64,000 nucleotides of DNA, taken from contig NC_043024.1 in the NCBI RefSeq assembly GCF_006345805.1, positions 7,564,001 to 7,628,000 on the forward strand, given 5' to 3'. The notes under the pieces were generated by a model that made no database searches, was not told where the DNA came from, and saw nothing but the letters and a program-made list of their open reading frames with translations. A program made the translations under genes and the position numbers. Numbering within the stretch: position 1 is the stretch's first letter; each line of letters starts with the position of its first letter. Positions 52,772-64,000 of this stretch are shown piece after piece. This DNA comes from Octopus sinensis. Its lineage: Eukaryota.

Positions 52772-55700
52772 GCCCGGTTTTCGCGGTGCACCCGCCCTCC
52801 CACCCCCACCACCGGTACAGGAAGTCCTAAATTTTTCTCATCCTTGTCTCCCTTATACACTCAAAGTCTTACGCCACCCCCACCTCCTTCCATAAAAGGT
52901 AGTGTTCAGTCATTGCAAGATATGTTTAGTGTTGTATACGAGGTTGAACTTAAGTTCCATTGTTTGTCTATGAATACTGCCAAACGCGAGTTTTCTTTTC
53001 AGGTACATGACGCTATTAGGACCAATACCACTTCCACCCCCACCCACAGCCTCAGGGTTGGCACCCTCAACGTCGGCACACTGAAAGGCAGATCTGGCGA
53101 GATAGTTGAATTGCTTGAACGGAGGTGGGTTGATATATGCTGCATTCAAGAAGTGAGGTGGAGAGGAGGTTCTGCTAGGTTCCTCACAGGCAAAGGACAG
53201 AGGTACAAGATTTTCTGGGCTGGGAATACTGACGGAGTCGGGGGTGTGGCATGCTTATCGCCGAAAAATGGGTAGATAAGGTAATCGAGGTAGTCAGAGT
53301 AAGTGACAGAATAATTAAGATTAGAGTGCTCCACCATAGTTTAGCAACTATTATATCGGCCTATGCCCCTCAGCCAGGGCTACCTGATGGACAGAAAGAC
53401 TGTTTCTATGACACCCTACTGCAGACCACATCATTGACGAACGACAGGGACCTTCTCTTTGTGGCTGGTGACTTCAATGGGCATGTTGGACGACGTGCTG
53501 GGGGCTTCCATGGCGTGCATGGAGGCTACGGTTATGGTTCCCGCAACGAGGAGGGAACCAGGCTGCTGGAGTTCTGCGATGCGAATAGTCTTATGATTTG
53601 CAACACTAACTTCAGGAAACCGACAAGCCACCTGGTCACCTACCGATCGGGCCGGCATACTAGCCAAATCGACTACATCCTTGCCAGAAAAAGGGAAAGA
53701 TGGCTGCTTATAAATGCCAAAACCTTCCCAAGTGAAGAATGCACCCCACAACATAGACTGGTAGTTAGTGACTTTAGGATCAGGACTAAGAGGGCGACTA
53801 GAAGACGACCAACATGGAGAAGAAGGGTCTGGAAGCTTAAAGACCCTGCGAATGGACAGAGATTTAGAGATATGTTATTTGAAGCTTTAGACGAAATGGA
53901 AGGGAGTATAAGCTACGCATGGGGTAGAAGACAACTGGACGCTTCTGAGGGACAACCTGCTGAAAGCCGCTGACCAGATCTGGGCTGGTGCAAAGTCCCC
54001 TTAAGACCCAAAATAACGTGGTGGTGGAACAATATTGTTGACAGGGCTATTAGACAAAAGAAACAGGCTTGGAAGGCCTGGAAGAAGACGGTGGTAGCAG
54101 GGAAGTGTATCAGTCTGCCAGAAGGGAAGCCAGGAGACAGGTCTATCTAGCCAGAGGGGAAGCAGAGAGGAAAAATTTGCCAATGTCCTGCGTCGTGAGG
54201 ATGAAAGACTTGAGGTATTTCGTGTTGCAAGACAGTGTGTGAGAGAGAATCGTGACGTGGTAGGAGAGAAATGTGTTCGCAAGGAGGACGGTTCACTTGC
54301 ACTTAATGAGGGTGCAAAGAGAGAGACTTGGAGACGCCACTATGATAGGTTGCTGAATGAAGAAGAAATGAATGGGATAAAGAGAGTCTGCCGAATGTCG
54401 ACCCAACAGAGGGACCAGCAATCCGAGTTAACAGTTCCTTAGTAGATAAGGCAATTAGAAGCATGAAAACAGGGAAAGCCCCAGGCCCATCAGGAATTAC
54501 TGCAGAGATGCTCAAAATATCTGGTGGTGTCGGCTATAGCTTAGTCACCCGTATAGTTAACCAGGTGATACACGAGGGGGTCATACCCAATGACTGGTGT
54601 AGCAGCATAATAGTCAACTGCTACAAAGGTAAAGGCGACGCCCTAGAGACAAATAACTACAGGGGCATCAAGCTGCTGGATCAGGTAATGAAGGTTACGG
54701 AGAGGGTTGTAGCCGAACTAATTAGAGAGAGAGTTACCTTAGATGATATGCAGTTGGGTTCGTGCCAGGGAAAAGTACTACTGATGCTATATTCCTGGTA
54801 AGACAGCTGCAGGAGAAATACCTAGCAAAGATAAGCCCTTGTACCTGGCTTTTGTTGACTTGGAGAAAGCCTTTGACAGGGTCCCCCGGTCCCTTATCTG
54901 GTGGTCAATGAGGAAACTAGGGATAGAAGAATGGTTGGTGAGAGCTGTGCAAGCCATGTACAGAGACGCTGCTAGTAAGGTGAGGGTGGGAACGAGTACA
55001 GTGAAGAATTCCGGATAGAGGTTGGGTCCACCAAGGTTCAGTCCTCAGTCCCCTCCTATTTATCATAGTCCTCCAGGCAATAACGGAGGAATTCAAGACA
55101 GGTTGCCCCTGGGAGCTCCTCTATGCTGATGACCTTGCTCTAATTGCTGAGTCACTATCAGAACTGGAGGAGAAGTTCCAGGTGTGGAAACAAGGATTAG
55201 AATCGAAGGGCCTTAGAATCAACCTAGCCAAAACCAAAGTTCTAATAAGTAGGAGGTAGATCAATCACAAACGCCTTCAGGTAGATGGCCCTGCTCGATC
55301 TGTAAAAAAGGTGTAGGTAGAAACTCTATAAGATGCACCAAGTGTAAGCTATGGACACATAAGAGGTGCAGCAATGTCAAAGGAAGGCTAACTAGGAAAA
55401 TAGTTTTTGTCTGTGGCAAATGCTCAGGAGCAATAAACACTGGAAATATGCAGAGACCAACTTCTGCCACGTTCCAGGGAGACAAACTAGAAGTAGTTGA
55501 TAGCTTCCGCTACCTAGGAGACCAAGTCAGTAGCGGGGGTGGGTGTGCTGAAAGTGTAACTGCTAGAGTAAGAATAGCCTGGGCAAAGTTTAGAGAGCTC
55601 TTACCCCTGCTGGTGACAAAAGGCCTCTCGCTCAGAGTAAAAGGCAGACTGTATGATGCATGTGTACGTACAGCCATGCTACATGGTAGTGAAACATGGG

Positions 55701-57688
55701 CCGTGACTGCTGAGGATATGCGTAAGCTCGCAAGAAATGAAGCCAGTATGCTCCGATGGATGTGTAATGTCAGTGTTCATAATCGTCAGAGTGTAAGTTC
55801 CTTGAGAGAAAAGCTGAACCTAAGAAGCGTCAGTTGTGGCGTGCAAGAGAGACGGCTGCGCTGGTATGGTCATGTGACAAAAAAGGCTGAAGATAGTTGT
55901 GTGCAAAAGTGCTACACCCTAGCAGTGGAGGGAACCTGTGGAAGAGGTAGACCCAGGAAAACCTGGGACGAGGTGGTGAAGCACGACCTTCGAACTTTAG
56001 GTCTCACTAAGGAAATGTCTAGAGACCGAGACCTATGGAAGTATGCTGTGCATGAGAAGACCCGGCAAGACTAGTCAGGCCATAACCCGTGGCCCCGACC
56101 TGGGACGTAGTCAGTCCTGTGCATACCTTCCTTCTTGTGACACTTATGAAGACCTGTTGAGGCAAGTGAAAATCAATCAAATCAAAACAAATCAAAATAG
56201 ATGAACATCAGTGGAATTGTATTCTTTGTGGTACCAGTGCCGGTGGCACACAAGAAAACCACCCAAACGTGGCCGTAACCAGTACCGCATCGACTGGCCT
56301 CCGTGCTGTGGGCACAACAAACACCATCCGATCGTGGCCGTTCGCCAGCCTCATCTGGCACCTGTGCCGGGGCACATAAAGACACCATCCGAAGACCCGG
56401 CGACGTAGTCAGTCCACCTGTGCATACCTTCCCTCTTATGACACTTGTGAAGACCTGTTGAGGCAAGTGTGTGACACTTGTGAAGACCTGTTGAGGCAAG
56501 TGAAAATCAAACCAAATCAAAATAGATGAATATCAATGGAATTTGTATCTTTGTGGTTCCAGTACCGGTGGCACACAAGAAAACCATCCGAAGTGGCCGT
56601 AGCTGGTACCGCATCGACTGGCCTCCGTGCTGTGGGCACAACAAACACCATCTGATCGTGGCCGTTCGCCAGCCTCACCTGGCACCTGTGTCGGTGGCAC
56701 ATAAAAACACCATCCAAAGACCCGGCGACGTAGTCAGTCCACCTGTGCATACCTTCCCTCTTATGACACTTGTGAAGACCTGTTGAGGCAGAGGCAAGTG
56801 TGTGACACTTTGTGAAAACCTGTTGAGGCAGAGGCAAGTGTGTGACACTTGTGGAGACCTGTTGAGGCAAGTGTGTGACACGCGTGACACTTGTGAAGAC
56901 CTGTTGAGGCAAGTGAAAATCAAACCAAATCAAAATAGATGAACATCAATGGAATTTGTATCTTTGTGGTTCCAGTACCGTGGTGGCACACAAGAAAACC
57001 ATCCGATCGTGGCCGTTCGCCAGCCACATCTGGCACCTGTGTCGGTGGCACATAAAGACACCATCCGAAGACCCGGCGACGTAGACAGTCCACCTGTGCA
57101 TACCTTCCTTCTTGTGACACTTGTGAAGACCTGTTGAGGCAAGTGACACTTGTGAAGACCTGTTGAGGCAAGTGAAAATCAAATCAAATCAAAACAAATC
57201 AAAATAGATGAGCATAAATGGAATTTGTATCTTTGTGGTACCAGTGCCGGTGGCACACAAGAAAATCATCCGAACGTGGCCGTAGCCAGTACCGCATAGA
57301 CTGGCCTCCGTGCTTGGGGACGTACCAAACACCATCCGATCGTGGCCGTCCGCCAGCCTCATCTGGCACCTGTGTCGGTGGCACATAAAAACACCATCCG
57401 AGCGTGGCCGTCTGCCAGCCTCGTCTGGCACCTGTGTCGGTGGCACATAAAAACACCATCCGAGCGTGGCCGTTCGCCAGCCTCGTCTGGCACCTGTGTC
57501 GGTGGCACATAAAATCACCCACTACACTCTCGGAGTGGTTGGCGTTAGGAAGGGCATCCAGCTGTAGAAACACTGCCAGATCTGACTGGCCTGGTGCAGC
57601 CTTCGGGCTCCCCAGACCCCAGTTGAACCGTCCAACCCATGCTAGCATGGAAAACGGACGCTAAATGATGATGATGATGATGATGATA
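52772..57688 (+). mobile_element. Near-full-length RTE-clade LINE (APE + RT + PHD-like insertion), frameshifted, with expanded 3' UTR
   Basis: LRVGTLNVGTL, ICCIQEVRW, ISAYAPQ, DFNGHVG, SQIDYIL, KAPGPSGI, NYRGIKLL, FVDLEKAFDRVP, SVLSPLLF, ELLYADD, FRYLG, RRLRWYGHV, GRPRKTW; stop at 56074; GGCGTTAGGAAGGGCATCC...(GAT)n tail. Confidence 0.96.
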
Positions 57689-57914
57689 TATATATACTGG
57701 GTGCAACATACACATTTAGCCATTATTTAAACATAAGAATTTATGTATTATTCAACCATAAATTGAAATAATTATTTGTGAAAATAGTTGCAAACATATA
57801 ACATTTATTAACGTTCTTTTGTCTACCCTTAATTAAATATGGTGATTTAAGCAAAACATGAAAATGGCTGGTATAAAGAATTGTGAGGCTATAAAACACA
57901 GTAGAATGTGCGCA

Positions 57915-58772
57915 GAAAACCGTTTTCAAAAGCGTGGGAAAACTGTTTTCAAAAGCGTGGGAAAACTGTTTTCAAAAGCGTGGGAAACTTTTCAAAAGCG
58001 CGGGAAAACTGTTTTTAAAAGGTGTGGGAAACGGTTCCGAAAGTGTGGGAAAACTGGTTTCAAAAGTGTGGGGAAACTGTTTCCGAAAGTGTGGGAAAAC
58101 TGTTTTCAAAAGCGTGGGAAAATTGTTTTCAAAAGTGTGGGAAAACGGTTTCCGAAAGCGTGGGGAAACTGTTTTCGAAAGCGTGGGAAAGCTGTTTTCA
58201 AAAGCGTGGGAAAACTGTTTTCAAACGCGCGGGAGAACTGTTTTCAAAAGGTGTGGGAAACGGTTTCCGAAAGTGTGGGGAAACTGGTTTCAAAAGTGTG
58301 GGGAAACTGTTTCCGAAAGCATGGGAAAACTGTTTTCAAAAGCGTGGGAAAACTGTTTTCAAAAGCGTGGGAAAACGGTTTCCGAAAGCGTGGGGAAACT
58401 GTTTTCAAAAGTGTGGGAAAATGGTTTCCGAAAGTGTGTGAAAACTGGTTTCAAAAGTGTGGGGAAACTGTTTTCAAAAGTGTGGGGAAACTGTTTTCAA
58501 AAGTGTGGGGAAACTGTTTTCAAAAGTGTGTGAAAACTGTTTCTGAAACTGTGGGAAAACTTTTCAAAAGGTGTGGAGAAACTGTTTTCAAAGGTGTGGG
58601 AAAACTGTTTTCAAAAAGTGTGGGAAAACAGTTTCCGAAAGTGTGGGAAAACTGGTTTCAAAAGGTATGGGAAAACTGTTTTCAAAAAGTGTAGGAAAAC
58701 AGTTTCCGAAAGTGTGGGGAAACTGTTTTCAAAAGGCGTGGGAAAACCGTTTTCAAAAGTGTGGGAAAAGTT
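57915..58772. repeat. 22/23-bp minisatellite, ~37 copies
   Basis: Unit G(C/T)GTGGGAAAACTGTTTTCAAAA containing the palindrome GAAAAC-T-GTTTTC. Confidence 0.95.
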
Positions 58773-58779
58773 TCAAGTG

Positions 58780-58990
58780 GTGTGATCAAACTGACAAAAT
58801 CCAGTTCCAGGAAGAAAGCATCTAGTTCGTATCAGGTGAATCAAGCAGAGCCATCAATAAGAAGGCGAAGAGAATTCCACAAAGAAGCATAAGGAAGCTA
58901 TCAAGGAAGTGGTGAACAAGTCTTGCACTTCAGTTGAGAAAAGATTAAGGGCAATGGTGAAAACAAAGGATGGTCATTTTGAATTGTAAA
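58780..58990 (+). mobile_element. Probable Tc1/mariner transposase C-terminal remnant
   Basis: SCTSVEKRLRAMVKTKDGHFEL* resembles the Tc1 C-terminal R-x-x-A-V-x4-GGH-x-E motif; no catalytic motif visible. Confidence 0.45.
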
Positions 58991-59197
58991 TACATGCGTA
59001 AAATATTGACAAAAAATATAACAGTCAACTTATAAGCATTCATTAACCAAATACAAAAATCTTTCTATTTATGATAAACTGAATAATGGGTAAATGAATA
59101 CACTACACCCAGGATATATATCGTTCCATAGTTAAAACAATGGACAAGACTGTTCCAGCAAAATGATGGACATCAAAGACAAAAGAAGTATATATAT

Positions 59198-59602
59198 CTA
59201 TTTCTTTATTACCCACAAGGGGCTAAACAGAGGGGACAAACACAGACAGACAAAGGGATCAAGTCGTTTACATCGACCCCGGTGCGTAACTGGTACTTAA
59301 TTTATCGACGCCGAAAGGATGAAAGGCAAAGTCGACCTCGGCGGAATTTGAACTCAGGCAGACAAAATACCTATTTCTTTATTACCCACAAGGGGCTAAA
59401 CACAGAGGGGACAAACACGGACAGACAAAGGGATCAAGTCGTTTACATCGACCCCAGTGCGTAACTGGTACTTAATTTATCAACCCCGAAAGGATGAAAG
59501 GCAAAGTCAACCTCGGCGGAATTTGAACTCAGAACGTAACAACAGACGAAATACGGCTACGCATTTCGCCCGGCGTGCTAACGTTTCTGCCAGCTCGCCG
59601 CC
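59198..59602 (-). mobile_element. SINE family B, one full copy plus a tandem partial copy
   Basis: Reverse complement of the 16871-17291 type sequence. Confidence 0.85.
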
Positions 59603-59684
59603 TTGTATATATATCACTGACTTGTGCGTAAGGCATTTAGATGCCCGAAATTATAAAGTCTATGAATTATAAAATCAAACTTAC

Positions 59685-59711
59685 GGTAGGGTGGTTCACA
59701 AAGATATTCCG
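59685..59711 (-). CDS. Candidate 27-nt micro-exon of the Cys-module gene
   Basis: Strong acceptor TTTTTCTTTTCTACTTTGCAG| and donor C|GTAAGT; phase 1-1; encodes xEYLCEPPY and joins in frame to the 40915 exon. Confidence 0.5.
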
Positions 59712-59859
59712 CTGCAAAGTAGAAAAGAAAAACATATGAGGAATATATGAAAATAGGGGTTAACATCAACAGGTTAGTTTATTCCTGTTTTTCCTTATTA
59801 TTTCATTCATTGGACTATAACTACACTAGTGAACCATCTTCAAAAATTTTGTCACTTAA

Positions 59860-61575
59860 GGAAGGTACCATCATCAAAAATGTATTATGTCACCATGCAG
59901 AAGTACCATCTTCAAGAATTTATTGTCACCTTGCTAGCGTGTCATCTTCAAGAACTTATTCTGTTACCATGCTAGGGTACTGCCTTCAAGAATTTAGTCC
60001 TTCACCATACTAGGAAACTGTCTTCAAGAATTTACTCTGTCATCATGCAGGGGTACCATCTTCAAGAATTTATTGTCACCTTGCTAGCGTGTCATCTTCA
60101 AGAACTTATTCTGTTACCATGCTAGGGTACTGCCTTCAAGAATTTAGTCCTTCACCATACTAGGAAACCGTCTTCAAGAATTTACTCTATCACCATGCAG
60201 GGGTACCATCTTCAAGAATTTATTGTCACCTTGCTAGCGTGTCATCTTCAAGAACTTATTCTGTTACCATGCTAGGGTACTGCCTTCAAGAATTTAGTCC
60301 TTCACCATACTAGGAAACCATCTTCAAGAATTTACTCTATCACCATGCAGGGGTACCATCTTCAAGAATTTATTGTCACCTTGCTAGCGTGTCATCTTCA
60401 AGAACTTATTCTGTTACCATGCTAGGGTACTGCCTTCAAGAATTTAGTCCTTCACAACCATACTAGGAAACCATCTTCAAGAATTTACTATCACATGCAG
60501 GGGTACCATCTTCAAGAATTTATTGTCACCTTGCTAGCGTGTCATCTTCAAGAACTTTTCTGTTACCATGCTAGGGTACTGCCTTCAAGAATTTAGTCCT
60601 TCACCATACTAGGAAACCGTCTTCAAGGTACTCTATCACCATGCAGGGGTACCATCTTCAAGAATTTATTGTCACCTTGCTAGCGTGTGCATCTTCAAGA
60701 ACTTATTCTGTTACCATGCTAGGGTACTGCCTTCAAGAATTTAGTCTTCACCATACTAGGAAACCATCTTCAGAATTTACTCTATCACCATGCAGGGGTA
60801 CCATCTTCAAGAATTTAATTGTCACCCTGCTAAGCGTGTCATCTTCAAGAACTTATTCTGTTACCCAGCTAGGGTACTGCTTCAAGAATTAGTCCTTCAC
60901 CATACTAGGAAACCGTCTTCAAGAATTTACTCTATCATCAATGCAGGGGTACCATCTTCAAGAATTTATTGTCACCTTGCTAGCGTGTCATCTTCAGGAA
61001 CTTATTCTGTTACCATGCTAGGTACTGCCTTCAGAATTTAGTCCTTCACCATACTAGGAACCGTCTTCAAGAATTTACTCTGTCACCATGCAGGTACCAT
61101 CTTCAAGTTTATTGTCACCTTGCTAGCGTGTCATCTCAAGAACTTATCTTTCCATGCTAGGGTACTGCCTTCAAGAATTTAGTCCTTCACCATACAAGGA
61201 AACCATCTTCAAGAATTTACTCTGTCACCATGCAGGGGTACCATCTTCAAGAATTTATTGTCACCTTGCTAGCGTGTCATCTTCAAGAACTTATTCTGTT
61301 ACCATGCTAGGGTACTGCCTTCAAGAATTTAGTCCTTCACCATACTAGGAAACCATCTTCAAGAATTTACTCTATCACCATGCAGGGGTACCATCTTCAA
61401 GAATTTATTGTCACCTTGCTAGCGTGTCATCTTCAAGAACTTATTCTGTTACCATGCTAGGGTACTGCCTTCAAGAATTTAGTCCTTCACCATACTAGGA
61501 AACCGTCTTCAAGAATTTACTCTGTCACCATGCAGGGGTACCATCTTCAAGAATTTATTGTCACCATACTTGAGT
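59860..61575. repeat. 150-bp higher-order repeat (4 x 36-38-bp subunits), ~11 copies
   Basis: CACCATGCAG at 60191 and 60341 (period 150); every subunit carries CTTCAAGAA. Confidence 0.95.
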
Positions 61576-61733
61576 GCCACCTTAAAGAATATGATCTGTC
61601 AATATTCCAGGGTACAGTCTTTGAGAATTTAGTCACCCACCATGTTGGGGTACTGTTTCTGTGGGTTTGTCAGTTACCATGATTAGGGCACTAAAATCTA
61701 TGGCTTTATTATATTGTTACTTTACACGTGTTT

Positions 61734-62040
61734 GTAGAGGTGCAATGGCCCAGTGGTTAGGGCAGCTGACTCGTGGTTTTGATTCCCAGACCGGGTGTTG
61801 TGTGTGTTTATTGACGAAAACACCTAAAGCTCCACGAGGCTCCGGCAGGGGGTGGTGTGGAGACCCCTGTTGTACTCTTTCACCCCAACTTTCTCTCACT
61901 CTTTCTTCCTGTTTCTTGAGTAACGCTGCAATGGACTGGCATCCCGTCCAGCTGCGGGGAACACATACGCCATAGAAACCGGGAAACCGGGCCCATGAGC
62001 CTGGCTAGGCCTTAAAAGGGCGCATAAATAAATAAATAAA
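61734..62040 (+). mobile_element. tRNA-derived SINE (family C)
   Basis: TGGCCCAGTGGTTAGGGC A box, body homologous to 551-856, (AAAT)n tail. Confidence 0.8.
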
Positions 62041-62390
62041 CTTTGTGCTGTCACTTATCACATACCTGTCCTCCCTGATTCACCCCTATTTCTTTCACCT
62101 TCCCCCCATTGACCATGCTATCCCTGCCTCTATTTACCATTCACTTCTACCCCATCTCTAATCATGTCTGCCTTTCACATTTTTTTTCATGGTTGCATGG
62201 TAAAAAGATTTCTTCGTAACCACATGGTTCCTAGTTCAGTCCCACTGTATGATACCTTGAGCATGGTGCCACACTTCTACTATATAACCCCTAACTAACC
62301 AATGTCATCTGAATGGATTTGGTAGACAGACACTGAAAAAAGCCTAACACACGTGTGTGTGTGTGTGTGTCTGTTTAACATATACATATA

Positions 62391-62788
62391 GGCGCAGGAG
62401 TGGCTGTGTGGTAAGTAGCTTGCTAACCAACCACATGGTTCCGAGTTCAGTCCCACTGTGTGGCATATTGGGCAAATGTCTTCTGCTATAGCCCCGGGCC
62501 GACCAATGCCTCGTGAGTGGATTTGGTAGACGGAAACTGAAAGAAGCCTGTCGTATATATGTATATATATATATGTATGTGTGTGTTTGTGTGTCGGTGT
62601 TTGTCCCCCTAGCATTGCTTGACAACCGATGCTGGTGTGTTTACGTCCCCGTCACTTAGCAGTTCGGCAAAAGAGACTGATAGAATAAGTACTGGGCTTA
62701 CAAAGAATAAGTCCCGGAGTTGATTTGCTCGACTAAAGGTGGTGCTCCAGCATGGCCGCAGTCAAATGACTGAAACAAGAGTAAAAGT
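62391..62788 (+). mobile_element. Full-length SINE family A
   Basis: Same structure as 48961-49354. Confidence 0.9.
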
Positions 62789-62900
62789 GATATACATCTA
62801 TGTGTGTACATCTTTCTGTTAGTCTCTGACTCCAAACACTACCTGACAACTGATGTTGTTGTGTTTATGTCCCCTGCTACTTATCAGTTCAGCAAAAGAG

Positions 62901-63797
62901 GAGGAGACCCCCTTCTGTCATGAATGACCATGGGATTGCACCTAGAAAGTTACCCTCCCAAGCACAAGTCTGGGCAGTGTTGAAGGATAGCAGCGACCCA
63001 TGCCCATCACCGGTGTGGGATTCGAACTCACAACTTCACGATCGTAAGCTCGACGCTCTAACCACTGAGCAAGACCAGCAGTCACCCATGCATACCGGCC
63101 CCCCTCTCCACGCCACTGATGTTATCCAAGGGATAAGGCAAAAGAGGCTGATACAGCTTGGCACCTGTGACGTCGCAACTCATTTCTACAGCTGAGTGAA
63201 CTGGAGCAACGTGAAATAAAGGGTCTTGCTCAAGAACACAACACAGCCCGGTCCAGGATTCGAACTCACAACCTCACGATCGTAAGCTCGACGCTCTAAC
63301 CACTGAGCAAGACCAGCAGTCACCCATGCATACCGGCCTCCCCTCTCCATGCCACTGATGTTATTTAAGGGAAAGGCAAAGGGGCCGATACAGCTTGGCA
63401 CCTGTGACGTCGCAACTCATTTCTACAGCTGAGTGAACTGGAGCAACGTGAAATAAAGGGTCTTGCTCAAGAACACAACACAGCCCGGTCCAGGATTCGA
63501 ACTCACAACCTCACGATCGTAAGCTCGACGCTCTAACCACTGAGCAAGACCAGCAGTCACCCATGCATACCGGCCTCCCCTCTCCATGCCACTGATGTTA
63601 TTTAAGGGAAAGGCAAAGGGGCCGATACAGCTTGGCACCTGTGACGTCGCAACTCATTTCTACAGCTGAGTGAACTGGAGCAACGTGAAATGAAGTATCT
63701 TACTCAAGAACACAACACACAGCCCGGTCCAGGATTCGAACTCACAACCTCACGATCGTAAGCTCGACGCTCTAACCACTGAGCCATGCGCCTTCAC
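62901..63797 (-). mobile_element. Multi-headed tRNA-derived SINE array (237-bp units) with 12-bp target-site duplication
   Basis: Four CTCAGTGGTTAGAGC...GAGTTCGAATCC heads; TCAGCAAAAGAG flanks both sides (62889-62900, 63798-63809). Confidence 0.85.
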
Positions 63798-64000
63798 TCA
63801 GCAAAAGAGACCGAAATACATTTATATATATCTATGTGTCTTTGTATCTGTGTTTGTCCACCCACCACTACTTGATAACCAGTGTTGGTGTGTTTATGTC
63901 CGGGGCTTGGCAGTTCGGGCTAAAGAGACCAACAGAATAAGCATCAGGCTTTAAAAAAAGGATAAGTGCAGGGGTCAATTCGTTTGACTTAAATTCTTTT

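Noticed and set aside
52844-56074. Intact active RTE
   Set aside because: Multiple frameshifts and stops as assembled; some may be sequencing indels, but activity cannot be claimed.
57858-58825. 200-280-aa Lys/Phe-rich ORFs
   Set aside because: Translation of the 22/23-bp minisatellite.
63710-63797. tRNA gene (also 780-856 and the 63010-63075 head)
   Set aside because: A and B boxes are present but no proper acceptor stem is evident, and the sequence runs into a SINE body and is tandemly repeated; these are SINE heads.

Overview
Eukaryotic, repeat-saturated window with one 100-N gap. The SINE, RTE and Penelope-type repeats look like those of an Octopus (cephalopod) genome; this is recognition and inference, not a database result. 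About half of the window is tandem arrays: 123-bp, 41-bp (12.8 kb), 68/75-bp (11.7 kb), 174/176-bp, 63/64-bp, ~609-bp, 22/23-bp, 150-bp and 237-bp units. Much of the rest is retroelements (two near-full-length frameshifted RTE LINEs, RTE/CR1 fragments, several tRNA-derived SINE families), non-autonomous Helitrons, MITEs and Penelope-like inverted-repeat termini carrying hammerhead-ribozyme motifs. Nearly all long ORFs in the track are repeat artefacts. Hidden on the minus strand, and largely missed by the ORF track, is a multi-exon gene spanning almost the whole window. It has six symmetric phase 1-1 exons plus one candidate micro-exon; the six each encode one copy of a 4-Cys module (C-x7-8-P-x-G-P-x4-5-C-x-C-x6-C, VWC/FN1-like), and several carry N-glycosylation sequons. 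Two exons arose by a recent tandem duplication. Their introns are ~97-99% identical, yet the exons differ at 20/123 nt, 19 of them non-synonymous, a toxin/immune-like signature of diversifying selection. The same duplication preserves a single-monomer seed in one copy and an 11.7-kb satellite grown from it in the other.
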